From NCBI GenBank assembly GCA_964016885.1, contig OZ024742.1:135718001-135782000 (forward strand): a stretch of 64,000 bases of DNA, in the 5' to 3' direction. The notes below the pieces were generated by a model, which saw nothing but the letters and a program-made list of their open reading frames with translations, made no database searches and was not told the DNA's origin. Each line of letters opens with the position of its first letter. The first letter of the stretch is position 1. Made by a program: the position numbers and the translations under genes. This DNA comes from Eledone cirrhosa. Taxonomy: Eukaryota. This document shows positions 40,646 through 57,425 of the stretch, piece by piece.

Positions 40646-43363
40646 AATTGCAGAATTGGTTACAGAAAAGAACAGGATTTTGGAGAGCACAAACAGAGAA
40701 CAGAAAATAAAAATTTGAGGACCGATTTTGTTTCTGGGATGGCACGCCGATTCCGTGTTATTGTAACGGTAGGTCATCCGCAAATGTTACATATATATGT
40801 GTATATATATAAGAGAGTATTGAAGTTTGCTTGAAGCATTGTAGAATAATAAGATGTATTTTCTGTTGGCCGTTTAGGAAGCCTCAACAATGCAGATGGG
40901 TAATTCTTCGGGTAACAGGATCCGGTGGTGAAGAGAGAGATGTAAGGGAATGTAGAATGAGATGTATAGTGTGTAGAGGAACGTAGGAAAGAGCGTAAAC
41001 AATAAAAATAACACGAGATATAGTTACCTTGGGACAGATTTAATTGTCACTATATTTCGGATTCGCATCCATCAACTGGAGGGTTTCCGGGGACGGGGGA
41101 GGTTATCTGTCGGAGAGGAACGGTACGTGTCCACTGCTGTTCGCTGTTTTTGACTAACTGAGGTATTCAGCAGAGCGCGCGTGCGCGCGGAATAAGTGCA
41201 GTCAAGCAAAGGTCGACGGTCGAAGTAGTCCTTTTAATGGAATAGCTATCAAGGGATCAGGATTCCACTTGTTATTGGGGTTAGTTGTATGGCTTGCTCT
41301 AGTACATGTTTCTTGTACTCAATGGTTCCGTTAATTGTTTTTAAATGTATGTTGTTCTTTACTCCCAAAGAGATCAGTAATGGAAAAGGCGTCTAAACAA
41401 TATAGTGATCTAATAATAATTATATTGACTACTAGAAAAACCACCAATCGGGCGGTTTTCTACTAGCATGTGTAATGTGCATACTTATATTATATGCAAA
41501 TACACATGCATGTAGTTATATGTCAAATAAAATCGTAATTGACAATATGCACAGAAATTGAAGAGAGTCTGTGTTACACTTTCTTCTGTAATCAGAAAAG
41601 TAATCCACGATACATTTAAAAAAGACGATATTATATATAAACTGCATTACGGTGAAATGTAATGAAACACCTTATTTAACGATGCAAATATATGGATGTT
41701 TACATAAGTGATGTAATAAGTGTTATGATATAACGGACGCTAACCGGAAATGTAGACATTAGAAAATGTTAAAAGAAGTGAATCTTAAAATAAGCAATCA
41801 TTATATAAAATATTTATGTTTAATCAACAACTACGATATTTAGTAGATAAATTATGTAATATTCATTCATTATTTATTCAAAGTAATCTAACTTATAAAT
41901 CAGGATAAAAAAATATAATCGGGACGCAGTCCCGCACTCCTCCCTTTATTATAGTTATGATTAGTGTTCAAACACGTTCTACCTATCAGTAGATTATGCA
42001 CTTCTACATTATGTAGGCGAGGATATATGAATGCTATTGTTTCGTTGCGTGTGACGGCTAAAGGCGATTTCATTGGCTCGACTCGAACATACTGAAGACA
42101 GTGTTGCATGTGAGACAATAAAAGTTCGATGAAAATTATAGCACCACTGCATGTCAACGAACAATTTACATGTTCTGTACAAAAGGCAGTGAATTAATGT
42201 CTAAGGTAAGGATAGGTGGCTTGGTCACTCTTCCGCTAAGAAAACTGACTACCACTAAATAAAACTTTTCTATGTCACTGTTATTCATCCATTCTACTCA
42301 TCAAAACACATTAGTCCCTAAGACTACAAAATATGTTACTACAAATTTGCGTGTTGTGCTCAGAATTTTGTCATTTCCAATTGTTAATTTATATATATAT
42401 ATATTATTTAATTTATAATGTAATGTTATATGTTCATATCCGTTAGCTTTATATATTCGTGGGAGTTTCCAGGAAGGCATTTTGCCCCGGTATCTGATAT
42501 TTCTATTTTCATGAATAGACTTGTTTCCATTCAGTAAGTCTACACTGCATTCTATAAGTTCATTCTGCTCTAAATATTGCATTATTGTGTATTTCAATAT
42601 ATACCTATATCTATATAAATGGAAGTTTGATAGTCTGTGTGCCCGCCTAAAACTCAGAAACTAACGTACGGACACCCACGAAATTACATATAGATATTCA
42701 CTAGAACGTCTGACAAAAAGTGGTGGCAATATTTTTGCTTTATGGAGCAAGGAATCCATTTAAATTCAATTGTAAATATTTCATCAAGCATATAGAAAGA
42801 AGCCGACCATTTTGTTTTATGTTTCTCTATTCTGTAGAAAAAGAGAGAGAAGATAAAAGAGAGAAAGAGAGAGAAGAGAGAGAATGGATGGAAAAGAAAA
42901 AGAAAGAAGAAAGACATGACGAGAGATTGAGAAAGTATAGGGAGAGGAATAAAACAGAAAACGTGAGGGCTGCGTTCAATAGATTTGAGACCGTAATGGG
43001 GATGGGAACGCCAGCAAATAACTGATTTATAATTTTTATTATTTATTCTTTACTCACATTTTAACTCTCCCCTTTCTTCTTTGTCTTGCGATACCTCTCT
43101 TTCTCTCTTATCCCTCTGTCACAAAAGTGATTATGGGACAGTGTGTGTATGTGTGTGCACCTACATTAGTGTGTGTCTGCGTTCTTAAGTTAGAGACATA
43201 TATGTCTGTGTGCGCGCGCGCATGCCTGTGTATGTCGGTGTTCTTCAACTCTCTCTTTTTCTCTCTTTCTCTAAGGTTAACATAAGCAGACGTTATATAA
43301 TCTATCACAGCAAACGCTGATCATCTCTTCATTTTAATACTGGCAAAGTCAAGATTACACATA

Positions 43364-43505
43364 CCGTATTTCCCGGCGTCAAAGACGCTAGTTTTTTCCT
43401 AAAATAAGTCTCAAAAATCTACCATGCATCCTTTTTCAAATGTTTGGTTGTCACAATTGGGGTGCGTCTTCCAGGACGAAGCTTCTTCGGCGCCGGGAAA
43501 TACGG
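43364..43505. mobile_element. Tc1/mariner (pogo-like) MITE
   Basis: TA-CCGTATTTCCCGGCG ... CGCCGGGAAATACGG-TA: perfect 15-bp TIR, TA target duplication. Confidence 0.88.
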
Positions 43506-43591
43506 TACATATTGTCGGGTAAATTTGCGCGTTATTATTTTCTTTCAATATTATTTGAATGAACACAAAATATATTTTTACAGTAGTATTT

Positions 43592-43720
43592 TGTTAAAAG
43601 TCGTTGGATTGAGCCTCGCAGATCCTGTCTGTTCACATGGTCAGCTCTATATTGGTACTGCCAATGGTCTCCTCCTTTGCCACAGGGCAAAACCAAGAAT
43701 GTTGTTTATCCAGAGGCATA
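43592..43720 (+). mobile_element. Helitron PIF1-type helicase C-terminal fragment
   Basis: LKVVGLSLADPVCSHGQLYIG, then (frameshift) GKTKNVVYPEA. Confidence 0.75.
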
Positions 43721-45003
43721 CTTCAATGACAATACACACACATCATAATTCCTTAGTTTGTAAGGAATTCTCAAGTCTCAACTTTACTGCATAGTCTTAC
43801 TTTGGGAGAATATGCAGGCATTCATGGGTATCTCTGCTACATAAAGTAGTATAAATATGGTCTTTCTATGGTAGCTAGCTAGACCTATTAGAAATAGAAG
43901 CCACATTTCCTTCAAACCCACCTTACAATTTCATGTACGGATATATGTATGAAGCAAAAAGGAAAGGTTCTATGAGATACCTCGATCTACTAGAAATATT
44001 AGCAAAATCCCCTTCAAATCAGAACCAACAGTCTTACACACACACACACACACAGACAGCCATGTGTGTGCGCATGTATGTATGCATGTGCGTATGTATG
44101 TGTGTATGTATGTATGCCATGCGAGACACTACAGCTGATGATATACTTAATAGAAATAGGAAACAAATCTCCCTCAAACAAGATCCTACTGCCTTGGAGG
44201 CAAAGGTGGACGAAAGCTACAGTATAAAAATCTAAATACACTTTCCTAAATTACAGAAATTAGTAAGTAAATGCTTCATAATAGTTCATTTATAAGCCAA
44301 TGCTAATTAATGTTCGTATTTTGACTCGAATAAACATTAGAAGAGTAAAAGTATGGCTTACAAAATTAATAACATTTATCAACTAAAGATTCGACCAATT
44401 TAATTCTACGTATATAGTATGTTAAAAAGAAAACGATATAAAAATTATGGAAGTTTATATTAGTAATAATGTATTAATCAGTAGGATGATTTATGATTCT
44501 TAAGAACTGTTAACATAAAAGTTGAGACCATATTCTTTTAATATTGCGTACAAGAGCACACACACACATACGCACGCAAAGAGACACAGACATACACACA
44601 CACACGTGTGGGTATATATGAGCTCACACAGACATATACACACACGCTTCTATTTGTGTCAACTGATATGTGTGTACATGCGCGTGTTGATGCATGTGTG
44701 CTCGCACATACATATATCATATTATGTTAATTAGTTAGTATGTAAATAGGATGTTCATTAGCTAAGTGGATTTACATGTACGTATGGTTGTACTCACATA
44801 CACTCATATATGCATACATACATGCATATACATGCATATATATATATAATATATTTAGAAACACACAGATACATGCGGACACACACATATACATGAATGC
44901 ATCCGCACCCAACCGTGAGTTAAGGGTGCCAACTTCACCGATGTTGCTCAATGAATGACTGGGACATATATATATATACATATGCACTTACACATAACTA
45001 TAT

Positions 45004-45057
<54 letters not shown>

Positions 45058-45252
45058 TAGAGAGAGAGTATTTAGTATTATTTAACAGAGGTCTCCACAC
45101 TTGGGATAATAGAGAGTGTGAATATATTAGAGTTTGGAATTTGCTGCCAAAACGGCAAGAGCTCAACCATCGGGCCCCGGCTATCTAATATTTGTGTGTG
45201 TGTGTGTGTGTGTACACACACACACACAGACACGCACACATATATATATATA

Positions 45253-45493
45253 TAGGAGAAAGTATGACCCCGACGGCAGAGCTCAAGCCGTTTCGTCGGC
45301 TATTTCTGGACTAAAGTAAGAGTTTTTTTAGTCAGATTAAAAAAAAACTCTCACTTTAGTCCAGAAATAGCCGTCGAAACGGCTTGAGCTCTGCCGTCGG
45401 GGTCATACTTTCTCCTATTACCCACTCTACTACCTTAAGTATGAGTACTCTGGTGCGTTATGGTCCATCTGGCTCCTTACCACAACTCCTTCG

Positions 45494-45495
<2 letters not shown>
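45253..45495 (+). mobile_element. Fold-back element family A, copy 3
   Basis: Inverted repeat 45253-45418; GAAA-CGGCTTGAGCTCTGCCG-TC-GGGG at 45376-45402. Confidence 0.88.
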
Positions 45496-45523
<28 letters not shown>

Positions 45524-45525
<2 letters not shown>

Positions 45526-45712
45526 CGGAGGAAATGTGGTAAGGAACCTGGAGGACCATAACGCACCAAAGTACTCAATACTTAGGGTAGTAGAGTGGGT
45601 AATAGGAACGAGTAGGACCCCGACGGCTGAGCTCAAGTCGTTTCGACGGTTAATTTAGTTCAGAATTAGCCGTCGAAACGGCTTGAGCTCACCCGTCGGG
45701 GTCCTACTCGTT

Positions 45713-45716
<4 letters not shown>
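45524..45716 (-). mobile_element. Fold-back element family A, copy 4
   Basis: Inverted repeat ~45603-45716; opposite orientation to copy 3 across a (TA)n spacer. Confidence 0.88.
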
Positions 45717-45749
<33 letters not shown>

Positions 45750-45847
45750 GGAATTAAGATCAGTATAGGATAATTTCGACCTCGTTGCACACAACTACTC
45801 ATAAACATATTAATAAGCACATACGCACATACATACAGGCAGATATT

Positions 45848-46182
45848 CATACATACATACATGCATACATACAAACATACATGCATGCATACATACATAC
45901 ATACATACATACATACATACATACATACATACATACATACATACATACATACATACATACATACATACAAGCATGGCTGCGATAGCTGGCACCTTCAAAA
46001 TATGCAAAACATTCTTGCGATTCAAGGGATGACAATTTCTTTTCTTTTACAACCTTGCCACCAGGAAGGTGGCCGGTCAAAAAAATATACTCGAAATTAA
46101 GAGAAAGAGAAAACATACATACATACATACATACATACATACATACATACATACATACATACATACATACATACATACATAC
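45848..46182. repeat. Two (TACA)n arrays (45848-45969, 46113-46182)
   Basis: Directly visible. Confidence 0.93.
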
Positions 46183-46854
46183 AATGTATGATTGCGTCAG
46201 CATTCTCAAAGTAAATTGAAACTCTGGCGGCAAGAACATATGAGAAACAAACACACAATCGTTCACATGATTCTCGAGCACAATAAAATGGCAATAACAA
46301 CCCAACACTAAAATGATTCCAATGAGAAGATAAGACGCGGAAGTTTCTGAAAGGTCCATGGTGTTCGGAAATTTATTGTTCCAAACAAAACATAAAGCAG
46401 TAAAATATAACATTCAAATATACTTTATATAAAGAACGAAAAAAAATTGCAAGTGTGTTGCATTGTGTTGCTTTCTCTAACTTTGAAATCCAACGTAACG
46501 TATTTCGTAAATATATTCGGTGTAGAATTTTTTTTAGATAAAAATAACATCTCTCCAAACGAGACACTCAGACTAGTCATGAGCATTCTCTAAGTTGTTT
46601 ACTACCTGCATGACGCGGAATGTATTTGCTACATAGATAGCATTTACTCTGAGCTTATTGGTTGTCTTTTCATTTTATACTGACCGTTCGTTCTCCATGC
46701 TTTCTATATATACATCGGTATCATTAGATTTTCCACAATTTACTGGCTGGTGCATCGCAACATAGACAATGAAACCATATATATATAAGCCTTTCTTTTC
46801 TAACGTGATATTATGTATATTCTTTGTCATTTCCATTATATTTATTTCTCTAAG

Positions 46855-47072
46855 AGCGGTGGATTGACAATATCGGTAGGGAGATGGACATCATGCATTG
46901 CAGCATAGAGTTATGTCTCTTTATGGTCTGAGTTCAATTCCTGCCGAGGTTAACTTTGCCTTTCATCCTTACGGGGTCGATAAAATAAAGCACCAGTAAC
47001 GTACTGGGGTCGATTTAATCGACTTTCCCCTCCCCAAAAATTACTGGCCTTGTGCCTATAGTAGAAATCATT
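46855..47072 (+). mobile_element. SINE family 1 (long variant)
   Basis: Full head, core, CTGGGGTCGATTTAATCGACTTTCCCC insert, tail. Confidence 0.9.
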
Positions 47073-47773
47073 ATATTTATTTCCCTTAAATTTTGCCCTA
47101 AATTTAATGAATTATCGAGCACACTCATTTAAAAAGCTTCCTTTAAATCGAAAAAACAAAACCTATGAATTACATTATGTCTAATTTCCACACTCATATA
47201 TATACACATATATATGTTCTAGACGTTTGTTTTCGTTATTTCCATTCATTATACGTACATCTCCGGAATATTACCCTTTACCAACTAAAATAATATGTGC
47301 TTTCTCTGACTTCAGGCGTCCTACTTGAACCTTGATCTTGTTAAGATTAGCTTCAGCGTCATTGCAGTACGTGGAAGGGAATATAGTTTGTTGTTAAGCC
47401 GATAGTCTACCTCAGCAACCTTTCCTATTAGCATGATGTCTATTCCAGGTAGTAATTAGTTAAACTGCAATATATAATCTTGTAGGTGATGTGAGTGGAG
47501 GTATTTTATTTCTTAGGAAATATATCGAATTTCGTGCGGTAGTTTCAACTTCTAAGAAAGAAATTAAAAGTCTTAAATACTGTTAATTAATTTGAATACG
47601 CAATATTTTAATCACTCATTTATATATATATAAAAGTAGCGTAGATTATATACGCAATATATTATATACCATGACCTATCATACCTCCACTGCTCAATTA
47701 TCTCATTGAATATATACCACTCTGACACTACAGTTAAGTAAAATATTAATACTTTCTTTATATTTCTCTCTCT

Positions 47774-48552
<779 letters not shown>

Positions 48553-48579
48553 ATTTCGGGTTGGAATCGGAGGTAACCA

Positions 48580-49346
<767 letters not shown>

Positions 49347-49385
49347 CGTGTGTGTATTTAGATATCTGCACACAGGCACACATAA

Positions 49386-49451
<66 letters not shown>

Positions 49452-50316
49452 GTATATATAGATTTATGTGTATATATATGTATTTATGTGTATATGTGTG
49501 TATGTATATATATATATATATATATACATACATACATACACACATATACACACAAATACATATATACACATACATAGATATGCGTATATCCTTATCTAAT
49601 GCACTCTACAATCCTTATGTTATGGTGTAATTACAGTAGAACCATAATCAATATACCCAATAGCATATACACTAAGCTGCTCTCCGTTTACGAGCCAAAT
49701 ATATAGTATTCCCATATTTTACCTAACCCATACACACAGGCATATGAAATCTACGCCATGCAACCTGACGTTGACTGCGAGTCAATAAAAGACAAAAAAA
49801 AATCATGCAATCTCGTTTGTCTCCGCGTGACATCACTTACAACCAGCCAACCAGCATCAACCGGCCCAGCCCACCTAGACCAAGTGGAGCGATAAGTGCT
49901 CTACTGCCAATAAACTCTGTTACAGGCTGTTACCACGGACTAATTTGTTCTTGGTAGAGCATGAGATAAAACGATGTACGCCCTTCTCTACGGCCAAGCG
50001 AATATAAAAAGAAGAATATATATACATATATATATATGTGTGTATGCGTGTGTGTATCTGTTGGTGGAACAGAGCTGAGAGACAAGGACATGCAATGCAA
50101 GCTCCATGAATGCGTATGCACACGAGCAGACTGAAAGATATAGGTGGACATATAGAAGCATTCAGCCAAAAATGCATGTGTACGCACATACAGACTACAA
50201 CAAACACGTACATGCGAGCAAGTACATACATACATTTATACAGATTTATACACATACATGTATACATAAATACACACACACACATATGCATATATAGGAA
50301 TATCTATATATCTCAT

Positions 50317-50398
<82 letters not shown>

Positions 50399-50749
50399 GT
50401 ATATATGTATGTATATATATATATATATACATATTTGTGTGTATGTATGTATGTATATATGTATGTATATATATATATATATACATATTTGTGTGTGTGT
50501 GTGTATGCATGTATGCATGTATGTAAGCACGCATGTATGTGTCTATATATGTGTGTGAGAGTATTAAACGGACGTGTATCTGTGTTTTGTTGCAGACATG
50601 TGCAGACATATGCATATTAAAACATTGCATAAGTTGTGTTCATTGGTGCGGTTAGCTTGGTCAGCTGACCAGGCCAAACAGATGACGGTTTTTAAATTAT
50701 TCTCCATCATGGTTTTCTTTGGTTAGTGCCTTACCAGTAGAAGAGGCTA

Positions 50750-51390
50750 CGGTGGTGGAGTGGTAGTGGTGGTGTTGGTGGTGGTGGTGGTGGTGATGGT
50801 GGTAGTGCTGGTGTTGATGGTGGTGGTGGTGGTGGTGGTGGTGGGGTTTGATGTGGTGGTGGTAGTGGTGGAGGTAGTGGTGGTGGTGTTGGTGGTGGTG
50901 GTGGTGTTGGTGGTGGTGGTACTGCTGGTGGTGCTGGTAGTTGAAGCGGTAGTGCTGGTGGTGGTGGAAGTGGTGGTGGTGGTGTTGGTGGTGGTGGTGT
51001 TGGTGGTGGTGTTGGTGTGGTGGCGGTGGTAGATTTGTGGTATTGGTGGTAGTGGTGGTGGTGGTTGTGGTGGTGGTGATGCTAGTGCTGGTGCTGGTGG
51101 TGCTGGTGGTTGAAGCGGTGGTGGTGGTGGTGGTGGTGGTGGTGGAAGTGGAAGTGGTGGTGGTGGTGGTGGTGGCGGCGTTTGTGGTGGTGGTGGTAGT
51201 GGGGGTGGTGGATTGGTGTATGTGTGGGGGGGGTCTGGTGGTGGTGGCGGTGAATTGGTGGTGTTGGGGTTGGTGGTGGTGATGGCGGTGGTGATGGCGG
51301 TGATGGTGGATTGGTGGTGTTGGGGTTGTTGGTGGTGGTGGTGGTGGTGGTGGTGGTGGCGGTGGTGGTGTTGGTGTTGGTGGTGGTAGT
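50750..51390. repeat. Degenerate (GGT)n array
   Basis: Directly visible. Confidence 0.92.
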
Positions 51391-51609
51391 TTGAGGGATG
51401 ATGTTTGTAATATCCCTGTTTGTTGCTAGTGATAATATTGCTGGTTATGGTGTTTGTGATAATGACGATGGTCAATTTTGTATGAGTGTTAATGTTAATG
51501 GTATTGAAATATTCGTAGTGGGCTGGTTTCTGTGGATGGTAGTGATTGTGCTGATGATCGTGGCTATGATTATATTGGTATTAATGGTAGTTGTAGTCAT
51601 TGTGATGAT

Positions 51610-51838
<229 letters not shown>

Positions 51839-52204
51839 CTATACTGGTTGTCAAATAGTACTTGGTCATCGAAGTGTTGTTCTTGCTGGGGAGATTTAGT
51901 AGTACTGGTGGTTGAGGTAATAACAATAGAGGTAGTAGTATTGTTGCTCATCTCCTTTATTGTTGTTGTTGTTGTTGTCGTTGTTGTTGTTGCCGTTGTT
52001 GTTGGCGGTGGCGACGGCGGCGGTCTGGTGGTTGGTACGGTTGGGTTATATTGCGAATGCTTTTTGCGATGACACTGAAAACTGATTGGGTGGTAAGGTT
52101 AACCACTTTGACGTTTAATGCCCACTCAGTTTATGGATTCTGCTACATAGCCACAAGCACTGTCATCAACTCCACCACCACAAACGATGGACCCCCGTCG
52201 ATGA

Positions 52205-52520
52205 ATTTTCCTGTCGTTCGATCAACGGAACAGCTTGCCCAGGAAATTAACGTAGATGTGACTAAGCATTCCACAGACCTTCATATCTTTAACGTAACTT
52301 AATTCTCAGGGAGATTCAGTATGGCACCGTATAGGAAGAGATATGTTTGTTGAATTACACGGGAAGTCCATACAAAGATACCCGACTACCCAATTTCACC
52401 CATAAAGCATGCTTCGACCCAATGTTATGGTAAATGACAAATGCCCAAAATACCACAGACTAGGATTGAACCAAGACCTAATGGTTTTGGAAAGAAAATA
52501 TTAACTATACGGCCATGCTG
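52205..52520 (-). mobile_element. Old SINE-like dispersed repeat (family 3)
   Basis: GATCAACGGAACAGC..AAATTAACGT..TTCTCAGGGAGATTCAG shared with 57870-57980. Confidence 0.6.
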
Positions 52521-53477
52521 TATCCACGTCCTGTCATTAACACTAACGCAATGAACAACAATAATATCCACATTAAAACTAACAATAATAATGACCAATC
52601 TTGGTCTCCCGATGTTTCTTAGATAAACATGTCCGAAACTCCACAACAACCATTATCATCACAAATTGCCTTCACTGCATCTTCATTATCCATTGTTATG
52701 ATCAACCACAGCATCACCATCATCATTACCAGTATCTTCATCATTGTTATTACTTTTATCGCCGCCATCATTATCATCATCATCATCATCGTCATCATCC
52801 TCATGACCAGTATTATTGTGAATCTCCAAATACCTCCCTACCCAGTGCAATTCCTTAGGAACTGACACTCGTTTCCAGATACAAAACCTGCTGCCAACTC
52901 CAACCCAACCTAGCCACGGACGGACTACTAAGACCATAAATAAAAATACTCAAAAAGAAGTAGTATAAAAGAGTCTGTTTGACCAACCGCTGGTTCACTC
53001 TCGGTCAACGTCACTGCTTCACTTGTCCTACATTTCTCATACTTCTTTGTCAACGACCTACAGTTATACCACCGCACCACTACCACTATGCAACGACACA
53101 ACAAACACCATCACTAAAAACAACAATAGCTGACCATCATAGCTTCCTTTTCTCAATTACTTCCCTTCTTCCTTAACATACTTCAACCAGCCTCTACCTC
53201 CATCAACCAACTGTCCAGCCAGCCAGCCTGTACTGGTCTGTTGAGATAATGACCAGCATCTGTGACCCGTTGTCAGATTTTCTGCTCCATTAACTTTGGC
53301 TCGGGTTTTGCAATTTATTAGACAGGGTTATGATATGGTGTATGTATGTATGTGTGTTTCTCAGAGTTTGCATCTTTGTGCGTGTGCGGTTTATACAATG
53401 CATGTTATACATGTAAATACACTTTAACGTAAACACTCATACCCAAGCATACGTATAATAATAATAAATAAATAAGT

Positions 53478-53527
<50 letters not shown>

Positions 53528-53899
53528 GTGTGTGTGTGTAAAATGTAAACAGAAATAACAACATAATCGGTACAGTATATGGAAGGTATATATTAGGTTA
53601 ACGCTTAGGATCAAGTAGTTCGCAATTATAACGAAAATACTTTCTTTGTACGAAACGTTTTACAAATGATTTCAATAAAATTGAAATAAATATTGTTTAG
53701 AATAAGAATAAAATTATATATAAGTAGAGATAAAAGAGAGAGTCAAAAATTAAATCAAGTCACGCATAGAAATAAATAGATAATATGTTCTATACTTTCT
53801 ATATCGATCATGTTCATTCATATGTTCGTTCTTGATGTTTCGTCTTTTTCCAAAAGTATTGATTTTTCTATCGCACTGTACATAAATAATAACATTTTC

Positions 53900-55580
53900 A
53901 TACGACTCCATTCGCAGATCCCGCTGAGGAAGAAATCACGTATCTCGAAGAATCATTGTCCTTAATTCTCTGGAACTGCACATCTCGCCACTGACAACGT
54001 TTACAGACAGTGAACACATTTCAGAAATATTTGCCGAACCCCACAACATGTTATTCAACCAGCCATCAAAAATATATGAAGCAGTACTTTCTCGACAGCC
54101 TAAAGTCAAAACAAACTTTGAAGCAGACACTCGTCAAAAGTCATAAAGTAATAATCATGCCTCCCCAAAGATGCATGAGTAGATATCATGCCAGCGAATA
54201 TTTACACGACTAAAAGATACGTTCTGCAAAGGGAACTGAGGGAGTTATTAGGGTCCTTCTAGATCGAAAGCAAACTCACAAACGAATTCAAAATTGCTTC
54301 TATAGAGCACATCAAAACACATAAAGGTCGCAGATATTCTAATGTAAAGCAATTCGTAATCTCCCTGTCGTACATTATCATGAAGATCATCATGAGTGCT
54401 CTGCTGAATCATCTCATTCAACATCCTGAGTCTGATCTGCTCCCAGAAAGCCACTGTGGTAATTCCTTTCCCTAGTGACACACAATACAACACTCTATCA
54501 TCTGATTAATACTAGACATGGTGTTTGGTGAGACAACTGCAGGAATACCACCAGGATATATACACCAGTTTGTTGATATAACCATGATATTCGATATTTT
54601 AAGTTACGAAGGAGTTTGGAATAATGAATCTAAGTTTGGTCGCCTCTACAAATTTACCAAAATTGTTAGAGATTGTTTCATGGCGGCATGATGGCCCCTG
54701 TCCTCGATGGAGATGACTCATCATTACACTTTGAGTCAGTAATTGTATAAACAATAGGAATATACTGGTGCTAACATTGTCCATTATAATGTAATCGGGA
54801 TCATTCATAGACACGTCCAGGCATATCCTATGTTCGAAATAGTTTTAAAACAGCTGGCGGACTTCACAATCTTGCACGCCTAAAGTTAGTCCAATAATCC
54901 AACATACTAATATTCTGGATCTACTCCTTATGGATGATTGTGCACTGAATATCAGCAATATCAATGATATGCAACAAAGCCTGAAAAGTCTACCAGCAGC
55001 AAAAATACTGAAGTGTTGTATGAATATTCATCAGATCACGAGTCGATTAAGCTAATTGTCTCCGAGCTTTAAAGAATTATTCTACCTTGGTAGACATCTC
55101 AAAAGGCCTGTCAATATCAATGATTAGACATATTCTATGATAATCAAAGATTACACTCCACGTTTTAGGTACGTAGTTTTATCAGCGTCAGCGCTAAGCT
55201 TAATGTCTGGCATGCAATTGAACTCACGGAACTAGTCTATACCTCTGAGACATGAAGTATTTACAGCAGTCACGCCATATAGCTGAATCACTTTCATGCC
55301 TCAAATCTCCATATAATGTTTCCATTAAACATCAGGACAATATTCAAGACTGGAAATTACTCCAACGGACAGAAATCACATCAATAAATAGGCCGTGATA
55401 AAAGAAACAAATGCCGTCTGTATGAGCAATATGCGTCTACTAAAACGAATCCTTAATGGCCAGTTTGCTAGAGGGAACAAGTACATTTGATCCTCATAAA
55501 AAATACTAAGAAGATAGCCTGGAATCAACATGGAAACTCGTGCATATAGATGTCTATGTGATGACATTTTGAGGTCAGAA
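53900..55580 (+). mobile_element. Decayed RTE-clade LINE ORF2
   Basis: Fragments LPESHCG (~54438), KFG..KF (~54632), frameshifted Y/DDCAL (~54929), LVYTSET (~55232), RLLKRILNGQFARG (~55434). Boundaries approximate. Confidence 0.75.
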
Positions 55581-55646
55581 TACAATGGATTTTTTCAGAG
55601 AGAGAAAGAGGGTGGGTGAGAGAGAGAGAGAGAGAAAGAAGGAGAA

Positions 55647-55697
<51 letters not shown>

Positions 55698-56178
55698 TGC
55701 GGGGAAAAAGAGATATGGAGTAAGAATCGACACCAGTATTAAACTGGTACTTTATTTATCAATCTCGAAAAGAGACATTGATCCTGTTTCAGAGCGCAGA
55801 GAGTCGGAACAAATATTACAAAGCAGCAAAATATTCTATCCTATAGTCTCACGATTCTGCCACAACGCCACGCCACCTTAGTATAGACTTAGATTTCATT
55901 AAACAGATTTTATATAACAAAACCCGTGGCACACCCTTCACAGCAAATATGTAAAATATTTGCAAGATACATGCATTCAGGCAGCAGAGGTAAAAGTTAA
56001 GCTGCCATACACGGTTAGCCATTACTTCCAAAATTCATAATTCAATGATCGCATGTGCTTTATACATACCCGCCATTGCCGTGAAGGAATCGATCTTATC
56101 AAGATTTTACGGACATAAAATTCAATGAAAAATATAAACTGTTCGCATCAACGAAGACCAAACTTACACACACATATT

Positions 56179-56222
<44 letters not shown>

Positions 56223-56297
56223 TAGAGAGAGAGAGGGAGAGAAAGAGAAAGAGAGAGAAACATATACATATATACATACTCAAACATACACACACAT

Positions 56298-56408
56298 GTG
56301 TACGTTTGTATGTATGTATTCATGTATGTATGTGTGTACATATATATATATATATATTAATATATATATATATGTATATATGTATATATGTATATATGTA
56401 TATATATA

Positions 56409-56453
<45 letters not shown>

Positions 56454-56557
56454 TCATATATATATATTTATATATATATATTTATATATATATATATATA
56501 TATATATACGTATTCATATATATATATATATATAAATATATATATATTTATATAGCT

Positions 56558-56626
<69 letters not shown>

Positions 56627-56668
56627 GATATACATAGATATAGATATAATATTCATATATATATACAT
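56298..56668. repeat. (TA)n-rich microsatellite
   Basis: Directly visible. Confidence 0.95.
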
Positions 56669-57139
56669 AAATGTGTTGGTGTGTCTGAGCGTGTGTTTGC
56701 GTGTGTAACGGGGTGGGGGGGGTTATACATATGTAGTGAAAGAAAAGTAAACTAATTGCCTGAGATGGAGATGTAGGTGAGAGCAGAGTGATCCTTATTT
56801 CTATATAACTGAAGATAAGAAAATATAAAAGAAAGAAAAATACATATAAAGATAAAGAAAGCTGGAACTAAACATAGGAGAGATGGAGGCGGTGTAAGAG
56901 AATGGAGGGGAAGACCAGAGAGGGTGGAGAGAAATAGGTTGTTATGTCTTTTCGTGATTTTACTTTGTTGTTTCTATAATTATTGTATTTTTTTTAAATA
57001 ATACATTCTCTGATTAAGTATTCCGTGATTAAATCTTGTATTATTTTATTACATAATGTTTTGATTGAATCTCTGCCGCAGTGCAGCAAGAGGACAAATC
57101 TAGCACTAATATTAGGCATAGGCATCGTTGTGTGAATCG

Positions 57140-57425
57140 TGTTGTTGAGGTGCGGGTCCTAATGATAAAGGTGATGGGCTTACGATCATAATATCGTGGG
57201 TTCGATTCCTTGACATGGTTGTGTGTTGTGTTCTTGAAAAAAACACTTCATTTTATGTTACTCAAGCGTACTTAGCTGAAAATGAATACCAGCAATAGCT
57301 GAGGATTTAACCCTGCGATGGACTGGTGTCTGTCCAGGGAGGAGTCTTGTACTCTTAGTCACTTCACGACACAGAAACAGTGATAATCACGCGCCAGCTG
57401 AACCTCCGAGCTCGAGAAAGACTTT
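57140..57425 (+). mobile_element. SINE family 2, older copy
   Basis: GGTTCGATTCC B-box; TTCTTGAAAAAAACACTTCATTTTATGTTACTC; CCCTGCGATGGACTGG. Confidence 0.65.

Noticed and set aside
41046-41082. Hammerhead-like CAGTTGA-T-GGATGCGAATCC-GAAATATA (minus)
   Set aside because: Two core substitutions and a mismatched stem I; possibly a decayed motif, not counted.
41430-42720. Helitron termini and Rep fragments
   Set aside because: Hairpin plus CTAG (~41430-41467) and a TCTATATAAA start (~42610) are suggestive, but I found no convincing protein motif or consistent orientation.
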